NCBI GenBank assembly: GCA_041666845.1
Contig: JBAYGC010000007.1
Span: 6,080 to 70,079 of the forward strand
Source of the DNA: Patescibacteria group bacterium
Lineage (GTDB): Bacteria; Patescibacteriota; Patescibacteriia; UM-FILTER-42-10
Length of the DNA: 64,000 bases
Reading direction: 5' to 3'
The notes under the pieces were generated by a model. That model did not search any database and was not told the origin of the DNA. It was given only the letters and a program-made list of their open reading frames with translations. The translations under genes were made by a program, and so were the position numbers. The number at the start of each line of letters is the position of its first letter. The stretch's first letter is position 1. Positions 7,538 to 16,505 of the stretch are shown here, in pieces.

Positions 7538-8995
7538 CTAGTTTTTCGGCCGATTATCAACCATTCTCTTTTCTTTGAGCTCAGTCTCCATCCCCAACTG
7601 ATCCAGTAAAGACTTAAGGTCTCTTTTCTCAGTCAGAACCTGAATAAACATGTCGCTGTGTATCTTTTTCTTTATTTCCTCTGATAATGCTTCATACGAA
7701 ACCCCTTCTTTAGGACAAAGATAAACAACAATCTCGTCAATTTCATATGGATCGTTATTTTTCTTCCGGATTTCCACTTGCCATTCTTCAATCTCTTTCA
7801 CACCAGATAATAGAGGATAAAAATTATTCAGATTAACGAGTTCCCCCTTCACCTTAGTAAGATGAAATTCTTTTACATCTGAAGAACGCTGGATATCCAT
7901 TTTAATTCTTGGGACGGTCTTACCGCAAAAGGCACATTGTCCGTATTCAATACCCTGGACCATATCACCGGTTTTATAACGAAGTACCAGTGAGCCTCTC
8001 CAATCCAAGGCGGTATAAACCAATTCGCCGGGCTGACCTTCTTCAACCCGCTTGCCTTCTTTATCAACCACTTCAAAAAATTCCAGATCCGGATAGGTAT
8101 GATAACCGGAATCTTCTGCACATTGGATCCAGGCAGTTTTACCTTCAGTTAAAGCATAAGTTGCAAAGATCTGTACGTCTTTCGCTCCTACTTGTGTTAA
8201 CAACTCTTTGACTTTAACGCGGAGTCCGGGACTAACACGCTCTCCTCCGAAAATAATATATTTTAAGTTAGAGAAATCTCTTTTTTGCTTAACCGCTTCA
8301 CGAAGTAGGTGATAACTGTATCCCGGAATAAATGCCACTAAGCCAGCCTTCATATTTTGAATCGCATCCATTATTTTCTGCGTCCCCATCACTTTACCAC
8401 CGCCGGTGGCCAGTGATGTCATCCCGATCGTGGTAAAACCATAATAAGCCAACCAAAAAGCCAGATGCGGTGAATATGGGAAAGCGTTGATAGCCACATT
8501 ATCCGGACTGACATTAATCACGTCAATCAGGCGGTTAGCTGATTCCTTCAAATAGCTTATATCCCTTTCCGAATAACCAAAAGGCGTCGGTAGCGCCGTG
8601 CGACCGGTTGTAAAATGCAAATGAATCGGCTTATACTCTCTAGCTAATTCTCTTTTAACGTCTTTACCAGTAATTTTACCCCATACTATTTTCAGCAATG
8701 TTCCTTTGGACGCATACTTTTTTATCATATGCTCATCCGGTTGCAACATAAACTGCTTTGGTCTACCCCTATCATCCGCAGTTGGCGCTAAATCTTCCTT
8801 AGATGTGAAGGGCAATTTCTGCAAATCATCTGTTGTCTGTATATCATCAAAACTTAAATTATTCTTTTTCAATAATTCCCGATAATACGGATGATACGGT
8901 ATCTGGTACTTTATTAGCGCACGAAGCTTTTTATTTTGGATCTTTTTTTGCTCCTCTCGTGAACTATGGGCAAGTTTTTTCCAGTTTTCGTACAT
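7538..8995 (-). CDS. Phenylacetate-CoA ligase family / adenylate-forming enzyme (PaaK/CapK/F390 synthetase-like)
   Basis: 485 aa; N-terminal PaaK-type helical region (LQ..L..LIKYQIPYHPYYRELL...DDLQKLPFTSKEDL) and ANL-type central fold. Confidence 0.65.
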   Translation of the reverse strand: MYENWKKLAHSSREEQKKIQNKKLRALIKYQIPYHPYYRELLKKNNLSFDDIQTTDDLQKLPFTSKEDLAPTADDRGRPKQFMLQPDEHMIKKYASKGTLLKIVWGKITGKDVKRELAREYKPIHLHFTTGRTALPTPFGYSERDISYLKESANRLIDVINVSPDNVAINAFPYSPHLAFWLAYYGFTTIGMTSLATGGGKVMGTQKIMDAIQNMKAGLVAFIPGYSYHLLREAVKQKRDFSNLKYIIFGGERVSPGLRVKVKELLTQVGAKDVQIFATYALTEGKTAWIQCAEDSGYHTYPDLEFFEVVDKEGKRVEEGQPGELVYTALDWRGSLVLRYKTGDMVQGIEYGQCAFCGKTVPRIKMDIQRSSDVKEFHLTKVKGELVNLNNFYPLLSGVKEIEEWQVEIRKKNNDPYEIDEIVVYLCPKEGVSYEALSEEIKKKIHSDMFIQVLTEKRDLKSLLDQLGMETELKEKRMVDNRPKN

Positions 8996-9027
8996 ATTAT
9001 ATTATAGAATGGTTAAATATTCTTAAG

Positions 9028-9762
9028 CTATTTTTTGCTCTGCTCTATTTCTTTCTCCCTATCACGCAATAACCGCTTGGCTAATGTTAACCCTGCTGTT
9101 GTACAAAAATATTTTTCACTATCAACCGCAAGGTTCTTGAGATATAAATCTGGTTCCACATTTTTTCTGATTGTATCCTGCCAAAAATTTTCGTGTGTAA
9201 AAGACCAAAGTCTGTCTAAATCTGCAACTAATTTGCCGTTTTCAGATAGTTTTTCCATAGTATCATGATATAACACGGAATCCAAAATCTCCTGTTTTTC
9301 CATTACATTTAATGGCGGATCAAATCTATAATTATCCAGAATCCGCCTAGAAACTTTTACCCCTTCAATAACATGACGCTCCTTAGGTCCTAGCGAAGCA
9401 CTACTAAGCTCCAGTCCTTTATAATCAGATAAACTGCCTATTATGTCTTTTTCGGTCAAACTTGCCCAGCCGATATCATGTAGAATAAGACCCAAAGCAA
9501 CTACTCTTCTATTTATCTTACCATTATATAAAGCAATAAGCATGTCCAGATAAGACAAAGAGATGGCCGTGTGTACATCTGTTGTTCTGACATGCAGATG
9601 CGGTAAAGCCTGGAGAAAAAAATCTTTGAATTCTTCCTGGACGTAATCTAAATAGCTATCTCTCCACGGGATATAGACTAGAGTATTACTCGTTGAATTT
9701 TCAGAAGTAACTAACTCTATGTCTTTAGGAATTAATTTATTTTTAAATTTCTTGAACTTCAT
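9028..9762 (-). CDS. HD-domain phosphohydrolase
   Basis: 244 aa; HD motif (LILHDIGW) preceded by conserved His. Confidence 0.5.
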   Translation of the reverse strand: MKFKKFKNKLIPKDIELVTSENSTSNTLVYIPWRDSYLDYVQEEFKDFFLQALPHLHVRTTDVHTAISLSYLDMLIALYNGKINRRVVALGLILHDIGWASLTEKDIIGSLSDYKGLELSSASLGPKERHVIEGVKVSRRILDNYRFDPPLNVMEKQEILDSVLYHDTMEKLSENGKLVADLDRLWSFTHENFWQDTIRKNVEPDLYLKNLAVDSEKYFCTTAGLTLAKRLLRDREKEIEQSKK

Positions 9763-9764
9763 TT

Positions 9765-10421
9765 TTATCGCTCCACCGGCTTGCCGGTCAGATAAGAAAT
9801 TTTTCCTAGAACCTGCTCGGTAATTCCGTGTAGTATTTCTTTTCCCAACTCCTGATTATAATATGAGTCAAAGGTTACAGGCTTACCAAAATTTATTTTG
9901 ACTTCATGTTTCCTGCAAAAAATTAACGGTAATAATTTTACTTCCTTATCATTCGGGCCAATATAGCCAACGGGAATGACCGGGCATTTTGCCCATAATG
10001 CTAAACGGGCCACCCCCGTTCTCCCCCGGCCGATCGTATTATCATAGTGTCTGTGTCCTTCTGGGAATATCCCGACTACTCCGCCCTGTTTCAGATGATC
10101 AGACGCTATTTCCAAACAGCGTCCCGGGTTTTCCTTCTCAACATAAATCATACCGAACCACCGCTCACCGACAAATTTGCCAAAGAATTTCTTCAATTCA
10201 ATTTTACTAATAAACCTTATCTTCAATTTGCTCCGGCGCGCGACGACTGACGCCAACAATGGCGGATCCATAAAACTCACGTGATTGGAAGCTATAATAT
10301 AAGGGCCATTCTTCGGCAGATTCTCAATTCCGTTAATCTCTTTTATCCTAAGCATAATAATCGGCGACAAAATCATCCTTAAAAAATGAAAAATTAAAGT
10401 TTCTTTTTTTCTTCTTACCAT
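9765..10421 (-). CDS. plsC: 1-acyl-sn-glycerol-3-phosphate acyltransferase (PlsC family)
   Basis: 218 aa; HX4D acyltransferase motif NHVSFMD; FPEG motif (GIFPEGHR). Confidence 0.8.
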   Translation of the reverse strand: MVRRKKETLIFHFLRMILSPIIMLRIKEINGIENLPKNGPYIIASNHVSFMDPPLLASVVARRSKLKIRFISKIELKKFFGKFVGERWFGMIYVEKENPGRCLEIASDHLKQGGVVGIFPEGHRHYDNTIGRGRTGVARLALWAKCPVIPVGYIGPNDKEVKLLPLIFCRKHEVKINFGKPVTFDSYYNQELGKEILHGITEQVLGKISYLTGKPVER

Positions 10422-10960
10422 CTTTCTTTATTTACTTTTAAATAGTAACCGATATTCCGTACTAAAATATGTAAAACAAAGGTGAACACAACTAACACTA
10501 ATGAACGTATCCAACCGACCGGCCAAATAATTGATATTAAAGCAATCGCTCCAATCGCGGCGTCAATTTGATCCCAAGGCATGAATTTTTTACCCGGTTC
10601 AATCCCTACCCTTCGCTTGATAAAACTTTTTACCATATCTCCAAGTAAGGCACCAAATCCGATCAAAAATCCTACCAGCCATACTGAATATTGGTCATAA
10701 GGAAACATGCTGATCTTTTCGAATATTTCAAACTGCATTAACCATCTTTGGATCGCGACAACTATAATACTTGCCACTACCCCACTAATCAAACCTCGCC
10801 AAGTCTTATGATCGCCAAGCAGATTCTTGCCGTCAAACCATTTCAAATTAAAATCAACCGGACGAGCCAGCCACAGCCAGTGTTTTTTCATTAAAACCGG
10901 CATCATATTAGCAAAAATGCCGGGTAGCATAAAATATAAATAAGTTAAGAGGATCATCAA
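10415..10960 (-). CDS. CDP-alcohol/CDP-archaeol synthase-like membrane cytidylyltransferase (CarS/DUF46 family)
   Basis: 181 aa polytopic membrane protein; overlaps plsC by 7 nt; pattern GDHKTWRG...K..G resembles CTP-transferase-like family. Confidence 0.5.
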   Translation of the reverse strand: MMILLTYLYFMLPGIFANMMPVLMKKHWLWLARPVDFNLKWFDGKNLLGDHKTWRGLISGVVASIIVVAIQRWLMQFEIFEKISMFPYDQYSVWLVGFLIGFGALLGDMVKSFIKRRVGIEPGKKFMPWDQIDAAIGAIALISIIWPVGWIRSLVLVVFTFVLHILVRNIGYYLKVNKERW

Positions 10961-11024
10961 TTATCGCTTTACTTATGATAGATCAAGGTTATTTTACCAT
11001 TTTATAAACCTTTTTAAAAGTATC

Positions 11025-11053
11025 TTGACGCTTCATAGATAATGCTTTAGTAT
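11025..11053 (+). promoter_or_regulatory. sigma70-like promoter of island 3 (TTGACG-17-TAGTAT)
   Basis: TTGACG 11025-11030, 17-nt spacer, TAGTAT 11048-11053. Confidence 0.45.
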
Positions 11054-11274
11054 GGGAAATACATTAACAATTTGTTCAAGTTATCAAGAGTGATTCAGAT
11101 CCCGCCAATGCGGGAATATGCAGGACCGGCCTGCTAAAAACTGGATCCAGCAACCCTCTCCAAGGAGGAATGGGTGCTAACTCCGGCCCTATGCGGGGAA
11201 GATGATAGAAGTAAGATGCTTTCCTTAGGGAAAGTTTTTGTTTTGACTGCACCACTCCAACCGGGAGGGACCTC
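11054..11274 (+). promoter_or_regulatory. Structured 5' leader of island 3: hairpins, SD+GTG uORF start, terminator-like hairpin with U-tract
   Basis: hairpins CCCGCcaatGCGGG (11101-11114) and GCAGGaccggCCTGC (11120-11134); SD AAGGAGG 11162-11168 + GTG 11174; hairpin CTTTCC ttag GGAAAG (11219-11234) followed by TTTTTGTTTTG (11235-11245). Confidence 0.4.
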
Positions 11275-11622
11275 GTGGCTAACCCAACCAGTAATCAGGT
11301 CTTCCACGTCCTGTGCCGTCGAGCCGGGAAGATCGGCTACTATTCCCACGGTCATCCGCTGTGCAACCTGATTCTGGGACGTGAAGTATTCCTCTGCGAA
11401 CGCCATTACACCCCCAGCGGTTGGATCACGCGAATAGTCTGCGTTCCGCCGGAGGACATCCTCAACTACGTCGGTGAAGAAGACGCTCGAGTGATCCGAT
11501 CGAAATTCCCAACCTTCTCTGATCAGTTCACCATCAACGGTGACAACTACCCACAGCCGGAAGGGTTCGGTCCTCCTGTGAGGATCGAGCTGGAGCTGGA
11601 GCCTGCACCGCGGGCAAAGTAA
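11275..11622 (+). CDS. Hypothetical Cys/His-rich protein (island 3, gene A), 115 aa
   Basis: GTG 11275 with SD GGGAGGG (11263-11269, 5-nt spacer); about 57% GC; no family recognised. Confidence 0.45.
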   Translation: MANPTSNQVFHVLCRRAGKIGYYSHGHPLCNLILGREVFLCERHYTPSGWITRIVCVPPEDILNYVGEEDARVIRSKFPTFSDQFTINGDNYPQPEGFGPPVRIELELEPAPRAK

Positions 11623-11632
11623 GGAGCAGGTC

Positions 11633-11833
11633 ATGTCGCTGCGCGATGGACTCACACTTGCTGAGGCGACTGTTCGCCAACAGCACCTGGATCAGGCACA
11701 TCAAACAACTTCCCTTGCCGAAGACGAGCGCATCGTCCGGAGAGCAATTGCCCAGTACGAAGCAGGCGACGACACTCCGGTAGCCCGGGTAATCTCCAAA
11801 TGGATCGCCAGCCGCACGGCGCAATCGTTCTAA
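11633..11833 (+). CDS. Hypothetical small protein (island 3, gene B), 66 aa
   Basis: ATG 11633 with SD AAGGAG (11621-11626, 6-nt spacer); 10 nt after gene A stop (translationally coupled arrangement); followed by terminator. Confidence 0.45.
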   Translation: MSLRDGLTLAEATVRQQHLDQAHQTTSLAEDERIVRRAIAQYEAGDDTPVARVISKWIASRTAQSF

Positions 11834-11853
11834 TCGTACATTCACCCAATTCG

Positions 11854-11893
11854 AAAGGACCATGGTTCCCCACGGTCCTTTTTTTATTTTTAC
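11854..11893 (+). terminator. Intrinsic terminator of island 3
   Basis: AAAGGACCATGG ttcc CCACGGTCCTT stem (1 mismatch) followed by TTTTTTTATTTTT. Confidence 0.6.
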
Positions 11894-11901
11894 AACCTAT
11901 T

Positions 11902-13917
11902 CTAGATAAGCAGGCCAACAATCAGTAATGCAACCACATTAATTACTTTAATCATCGGGTTGATCGCCGGACCGGCAGTATCTTTATACGGATCACCGAC
12001 TGTGTCGCCAGTTACCGCCGCCTGATGAGCCGGGGAATTTTTCCCGCCATAATGCCCGTCTTCAATATATTTCTTGGCATTGTCCCAGGCCGCTCCACCC
12101 GCTGTCATTGAAAGTGCCACAAAGACACCGGTGATGATCGAACCGATCAACATTCCGCCTAGTGCATCGATCCCCAATAAAAATCCAACGGCAATTGGTG
12201 CAACAACCGGGATTGCTGCTGGAAAGATCATTTCTTTCAATGCCGCTTTAGTAACAATATCAACTGCTTTACCGTATTCCGGTTTGGCAGTACCTTCCAT
12301 AATTCCTTTTATTTCACGAAACTGTCTGCGCACTTCTTCAACGACACTGGTTGCCGCACGACCAACTGAGCGCATCGCAACTGAACCGAATAAATATGGC
12401 AGAGAACCGCCGATGAATAAGCCGATCAGAACATTATGGTTGCTCAAAGCAAACTGAGCATCAATTCCTTTATCCATAATTTCCTGCACGTATGATGCAA
12501 ACAATACCATCGCGGCCAGACCAGCTGAGGCGATTGCATATCCTTTGGTTACTGCTTTGGTTGTATTACCAACAGAATCCAGTGGATCAGTAACAGCTCT
12601 TACCGATTCCGGCATGTCGGACATTTCAGCAATCCCGCCCGCGTTATCAGTAATCGGACCGAAAGAATCGATTGCGACAATAATTCCCGTTAGAGAAAGC
12701 ATGGCCATAGTTGCAATGGAAATCCCGTATAAACCAAGATCATAATCTCCCAGCAACATATAGCTGGCCAGTATTCCACCGACAATCACCAGCACCGGTA
12801 GGAAGGTAGATTCCATGCTCACTGATATTCCTGTAATAATATTTGTCCCATGCCCGCCCTCTGATGATTTGGCAATACTTTGGACCGGACGATGTTCTTT
12901 CGATGTATAGTATTCTGTAATTACCACAATCAATCCGGTAATCACCAAACCAATTAGACTGGCGTAGAATATACTCATAGCATAAGGTTTGTCACCGAAC
13001 GCATTATCAGTTGCAAAGTAGAAAAGGACAGCCGCGACCAGACCGCTGACAATTATTCCCTTGTACAAAGCACCCATGATGTTCGGTTTGTTGTTATTTA
13101 ACCGGACAAAGAAACTGCCGATAACCGAAGCAATAATCGCCAGCCCACCTAAAATCAAAGGAAATTCAACCGCTGTCTGTTGTAATACATTGTCGCTCTT
13201 GAATATTAGTGAACCCAGTAACATTGCGGCAATCGTTGAAACCGCATATGTCTCAAACAAGTCCGCTGCCATGCCGGCACAGTCACCGACGTTGTCACCG
13301 ACATTGTCCGCAATCACAGCTGGGTTACGTGGATCATCCTCCGGGATACCTGCTTCAACTTTTCCAACCAAGTCCGCTCCAACGTCCGCGCCCTTGGTGA
13401 AAATACCACCACCCAGGCGGGCAAACACTGAGATCAGCGATCCTCCCAAGCCCAATCCAACTAGCGCTTTAAGATCTGAAGTAATAAAATAAAAACCGGC
13501 GACAGATAATAAACCGAGACCAACCACCATGAATCCGGTTACTGCACCACCCTGGAAAGCAATATCAAAAGCTTTTTTAATTCCAGATCTAGCCGCTTCT
13601 GCTGTTCGTACATTAGTGCGTACTGAAACATTCATACCAATATATCCGGCAAGTGCTGAACTGATTGCACCAATCAGAAATCCGAAAGCGGTCAGTTTGC
13701 CAAGCGCGAACCAAAGGATTACGAAAAGAATCACAGCAACAATTGCTACTGTCTTGTATTCCCGCTTAATGAAAGCGGCGGAACCCTCGCGGATAGCCCG
13801 GGCGATATCTTTTTGTTTACCTTCACCCTCTGGTTTTTTCATTATCGAAATAATAAGGAAAATACCATAAGCAAGCGCGATCAGCGCTGCTACGATAGAC
13901 CAATGCACAAGTCTCAT
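11902..13917 (-). CDS. hppA: Membrane-bound proton/sodium-translocating pyrophosphatase (H+-PPase)
   Basis: 671 aa polytopic; signature [19 protein letters not shown] and [21 protein letters not shown]. Confidence 0.95.
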   Translation of the reverse strand: MRLVHWSIVAALIALAYGIFLIISIMKKPEGEGKQKDIARAIREGSAAFIKREYKTVAIVAVILFVILWFALGKLTAFGFLIGAISSALAGYIGMNVSVRTNVRTAEAARSGIKKAFDIAFQGGAVTGFMVVGLGLLSVAGFYFITSDLKALVGLGLGGSLISVFARLGGGIFTKGADVGADLVGKVEAGIPEDDPRNPAVIADNVGDNVGDCAGMAADLFETYAVSTIAAMLLGSLIFKSDNVLQQTAVEFPLILGGLAIIASVIGSFFVRLNNNKPNIMGALYKGIIVSGLVAAVLFYFATDNAFGDKPYAMSIFYASLIGLVITGLIVVITEYYTSKEHRPVQSIAKSSEGGHGTNIITGISVSMESTFLPVLVIVGGILASYMLLGDYDLGLYGISIATMAMLSLTGIIVAIDSFGPITDNAGGIAEMSDMPESVRAVTDPLDSVGNTTKAVTKGYAIASAGLAAMVLFASYVQEIMDKGIDAQFALSNHNVLIGLFIGGSLPYLFGSVAMRSVGRAATSVVEEVRRQFREIKGIMEGTAKPEYGKAVDIVTKAALKEMIFPAAIPVVAPIAVGFLLGIDALGGMLIGSIITGVFVALSMTAGGAAWDNAKKYIEDGHYGGKNSPAHQAAVTGDTVGDPYKDTAGPAINPMIKVINVVALLIVGLLI

Positions 13918-13975
13918 TGCTTCACTCCTTGTTAATCTTCGGTCCGCAAATTAGCGGCATCGAAATAGTTAATAA

Positions 13976-15274
13976 TTATTTATCTTTTTTATCCTCTTTT
14001 TTTGCTGATGCCTTTTTCTTGGTTGTCTTTTTCCCCGGCTTATCTTCCGTTTCTTTTACTTCTTCTTTAACCTCAACTTCAGATGTTTCTGACTTTTCTT
14101 CCTTAATCTCATTCTTGGCTTTATTTTTTTCCTCTACTGTCTCGCCTTCTTTAATAATATCAATTTTTAATCCGGTCAATTTTGCTGAGAGGCGGACATT
14201 TTGACCGCTCTTACCAATGGCCAAAGATAGCTGGTCTTCTTTTACTTCAGCAATCGCTCTGCCTTCTTTTTCATCCAGTTTAACGCTGATAACTTTCGCC
14301 GGGGAAAGAGAGTTGATGATAAATTTAATCGGATCTTCGTCATATTCAATAATATCAATTTTTTCTCCGCCCAGTTCTGCAATAATTGTCTGCACGCGGG
14401 TTCCACGCTGGCCGACACACGAACCAACCGGATCAATGTTTGATTCTTTTGAAATGACAGCGATTTTTGTCCGGGAACCGGCTTCGCGAGCGACTGCTTT
14501 TATATCGATCGAGCCATTGGCAATTTCCGGTACTTCCATCGTAAATAGTTTCTTGACCATTTCCGGGTGGGAACGCGACACAACAATCTCCGGACCCTTG
14601 GTTGTCTTTTTGACTGAAACAATATATACCTTGATTCTTTGACCGGAATTGTAATGTTCCTGGTCAATTTGTTCTTGGGGTGGCATCACAGCCGTGGTCT
14701 GCCCGATATCGACTAAAACAACTCTGCCTTCGACTCTCTGAATGGTCGCATTGATAATTTCGCCTTCCCGATTTTTATAATCATTATAGACAACATCCCG
14801 TTCCGCTTCGCGTAGTTTTTGAATGATTACCTGTTTAGCGGTTTGTGCCGCCATTCTGCCGTAAGCTTCTGAAGGAAATTTTTCAGTTCTAATCTCATCA
14901 CCGATTGAGACATCCTTTTTCAATTCCCTTGCTGCCGAAATCATAATGTCAGTTTTAGGATTGAAAAGTTCTACTCTTTCCTCATCAGTCAGTTCTCTGT
15001 TTTCTTCTTTAGCTTTCTCGCGCTTTTCCTTTTCTTCCTCCTTTGCTTTTTCTATTTCTTCTTCCGTCATATCCTCTACAACTGTTTTCACGTCAAAGAC
15101 GCGTGACCCTGCCGTCTCGAGATTGAATTCAACCTTAATATTTTCATCCTTTTCGCCGAAATCTTTCCGGTAAGCCACAGCTAATGCAGCTTCAATTGTT
15201 TCGATAACCGAACTCTCCGAAATATTTTTCTCGTCGCAAATTTGTTTTATCGCTTTTTGAATTTCTGATGACAT
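13976..15274 (-). CDS. nusA: Transcription termination/antitermination factor NusA with Lys/Glu-rich C-terminal tail
   Basis: 432 aa; N-terminal RNAP-binding domain, S1 and two KH regions; basic/acidic C-terminal extension. Confidence 0.9.
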   Translation of the reverse strand: MSSEIQKAIKQICDEKNISESSVIETIEAALAVAYRKDFGEKDENIKVEFNLETAGSRVFDVKTVVEDMTEEEIEKAKEEEKEKREKAKEENRELTDEERVELFNPKTDIMISAARELKKDVSIGDEIRTEKFPSEAYGRMAAQTAKQVIIQKLREAERDVVYNDYKNREGEIINATIQRVEGRVVLVDIGQTTAVMPPQEQIDQEHYNSGQRIKVYIVSVKKTTKGPEIVVSRSHPEMVKKLFTMEVPEIANGSIDIKAVAREAGSRTKIAVISKESNIDPVGSCVGQRGTRVQTIIAELGGEKIDIIEYDEDPIKFIINSLSPAKVISVKLDEKEGRAIAEVKEDQLSLAIGKSGQNVRLSAKLTGLKIDIIKEGETVEEKNKAKNEIKEEKSETSEVEVKEEVKETEDKPGKKTTKKKASAKKEDKKDK

Positions 15275-15361
15275 ATCTTTTATTGTTAAACATAAATAAA
15301 ACTAGTCTTCATAACGAACACTAGTCAAGACAAGTATAGCAAAGAGATAAAATAATGCAAG

Positions 15362-15396
15362 TTATATAAAAAAAGCTATCTTGTGAGAGATAGCTA
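15362..15396 (-). terminator. Intrinsic terminator of prs (minus strand)
   Basis: AGCTATCT tgtgag AGATAGCT stem (15374-15395) overlapping stop codon, followed on minus strand by TTTTTTTATATAA. Confidence 0.55.
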
Positions 15397-16377
15397 GCGC
15401 TGTTCAAAGCAGATGTCCGAGACTGAGGTCTCGGTGGTAATCGCCTCGATTGCCGGGGCGAAAACATCTGCAAAAGAGCAAACCTTGATCTTCGAGCCGG
15501 GACCCGCCTTCGTGCCAACGGGGATAGTATCCCCCACCACTAGCGACTTCAGGCAGGAGCGTTCGATCTTACCTACGGCATCCCCGGAGAACACCGGATG
15601 TGCCGCGATCCCGTAAACCACTCTGGCACCAGCGTCCAGTAGTGCCTCCGCAGCGCCGATTATTGAGCCGGCGCCGTCCACCATGTCGTCCAGAACGATG
15701 CAGATGCATCCCTTCGGATCGCCGTAGATCTCGTTGACCCGGGACTGCCCGTGCCCGCTACGCTCCTTGTCGATGATTACGACACGATCTCCCGGGAAAC
15801 GGAACTTGCGGTAGTTGCGGACCATTTTGCCGCCGTTGACATCCGAGGACACTAGGGCTAGCGGCGTATCCGGGCCGTACTCTTCCCGTTCGCTCAACAC
15901 GATCCGCTTGATCTCCGGCACCATTACCGGATACATGTACAGGTGGTCACAGGGGATGTTGAAGAACCCCTGGATCTGCGCGGCGTGCAGTTCTGCCGTA
16001 ACCACCCGGCTGGCACCGGCCGTGGCCAGCAGGTCAGCGACTAGTCTGGCAGTAATCGGTACCCGCCCTTCCTTCTTGCGGTCCTGGCGCGCGCAGCCGA
16101 AATACGGCATAACGGCCGTAACAGCGGCGGCTGAAGCCCGTTTGGCAGCATCAATCATCACAAGCAACTGCATCAGGTTGTCGGCCGGCGAGTAAGTGGA
16201 CTGGATGATGAAAACGTGCCGGCCGCGCACATTCGCATTCAGCTGAGCAAACGGTTCCCCGTCAGCAAACGGAGTGGTCTTGGCCGAGCTCAAGGGAACA
16301 CCCAGTTTGGACGCGATCGCCTGAGCCAGCTCAGGGCACGATCCACCGGAAAACAGGACGATTCTGGAGAGATCCAT
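15394..16377 (-). CDS. prs: Ribose-phosphate pyrophosphokinase (PRPP synthetase), about 60% GC
   Basis: motifs FADGE, YFGCARQDRK, ELHAAQIQGFF, DDMVDGAGS; likely ATG at 16375-16377 with SD GAGGAGG (track ORF begins at upstream GTG 16386); strongly GC-rich relative to neighbours. Confidence 0.85.
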   Translation of the reverse strand: MDLSRIVLFSGGSCPELAQAIASKLGVPLSSAKTTPFADGEPFAQLNANVRGRHVFIIQSTYSPADNLMQLLVMIDAAKRASAAAVTAVMPYFGCARQDRKKEGRVPITARLVADLLATAGASRVVTAELHAAQIQGFFNIPCDHLYMYPVMVPEIKRIVLSEREEYGPDTPLALVSSDVNGGKMVRNYRKFRFPGDRVVIIDKERSGHGQSRVNEIYGDPKGCICIVLDDMVDGAGSIIGAAEALLDAGARVVYGIAAHPVFSGDAVGKIERSCLKSLVVGDTIPVGTKAGPGSKIKVCSFADVFAPAIEAITTETSVSDICFEQR

Positions 16378-16462
16378 CGCCGCCACCTCCTCACAGGCAA
16401 GTTACAGGGTTTCGGGTTGTCAAAGTATATTACCTTAACATGACCGTTAGGAGAATTCAAGT

Positions 16463-16497
16463 AAATAAAACAACCCTACATTTCGTAGGGTTGTTTT
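16463..16497 (-). terminator. Bidirectional-type intrinsic terminator after surface-protein gene
   Basis: 13-bp perfect stem AAAACAACCCTAC atttc GTAGGGTTGTTTT with T/A runs on both sides. Confidence 0.6.
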
Positions 16498-16505
16498 ATT
16501 ACCTT

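Noticed and set aside
11174-11371. 65-codon GTG-initiated frame in island 3 leader
   Set aside because: Has a good SD but runs through a terminator-like hairpin/U-tract and overlaps gene A in another frame. Treated as a regulatory uORF/leader rather than a stable protein-coding gene.
11134-11921. Minus-strand ORFs 11134-11655 (173 aa), 11534-11863, 11652-11921 in island 3
   Set aside because: Overlap all three plus-strand SD-supported frames. No SD. Typical GC-induced spurious frames.
12074-13870. Plus-strand ORFs inside hppA (12074-12457, 12545-12745, 13061-13492, 13209-13400, 13529-13870)
   Set aside because: Antisense to a high-confidence H+-PPase gene. Ala/Pro/Ser-rich translations typical of shadow frames.
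15413-16443. Plus-strand ORFs 15413-15616, 15815-16195, 16216-16443 and minus 15321-15518 overlapping prs
   Set aside because: Antisense/alternate frames of a clearly recognisable, GC-rich prs gene.
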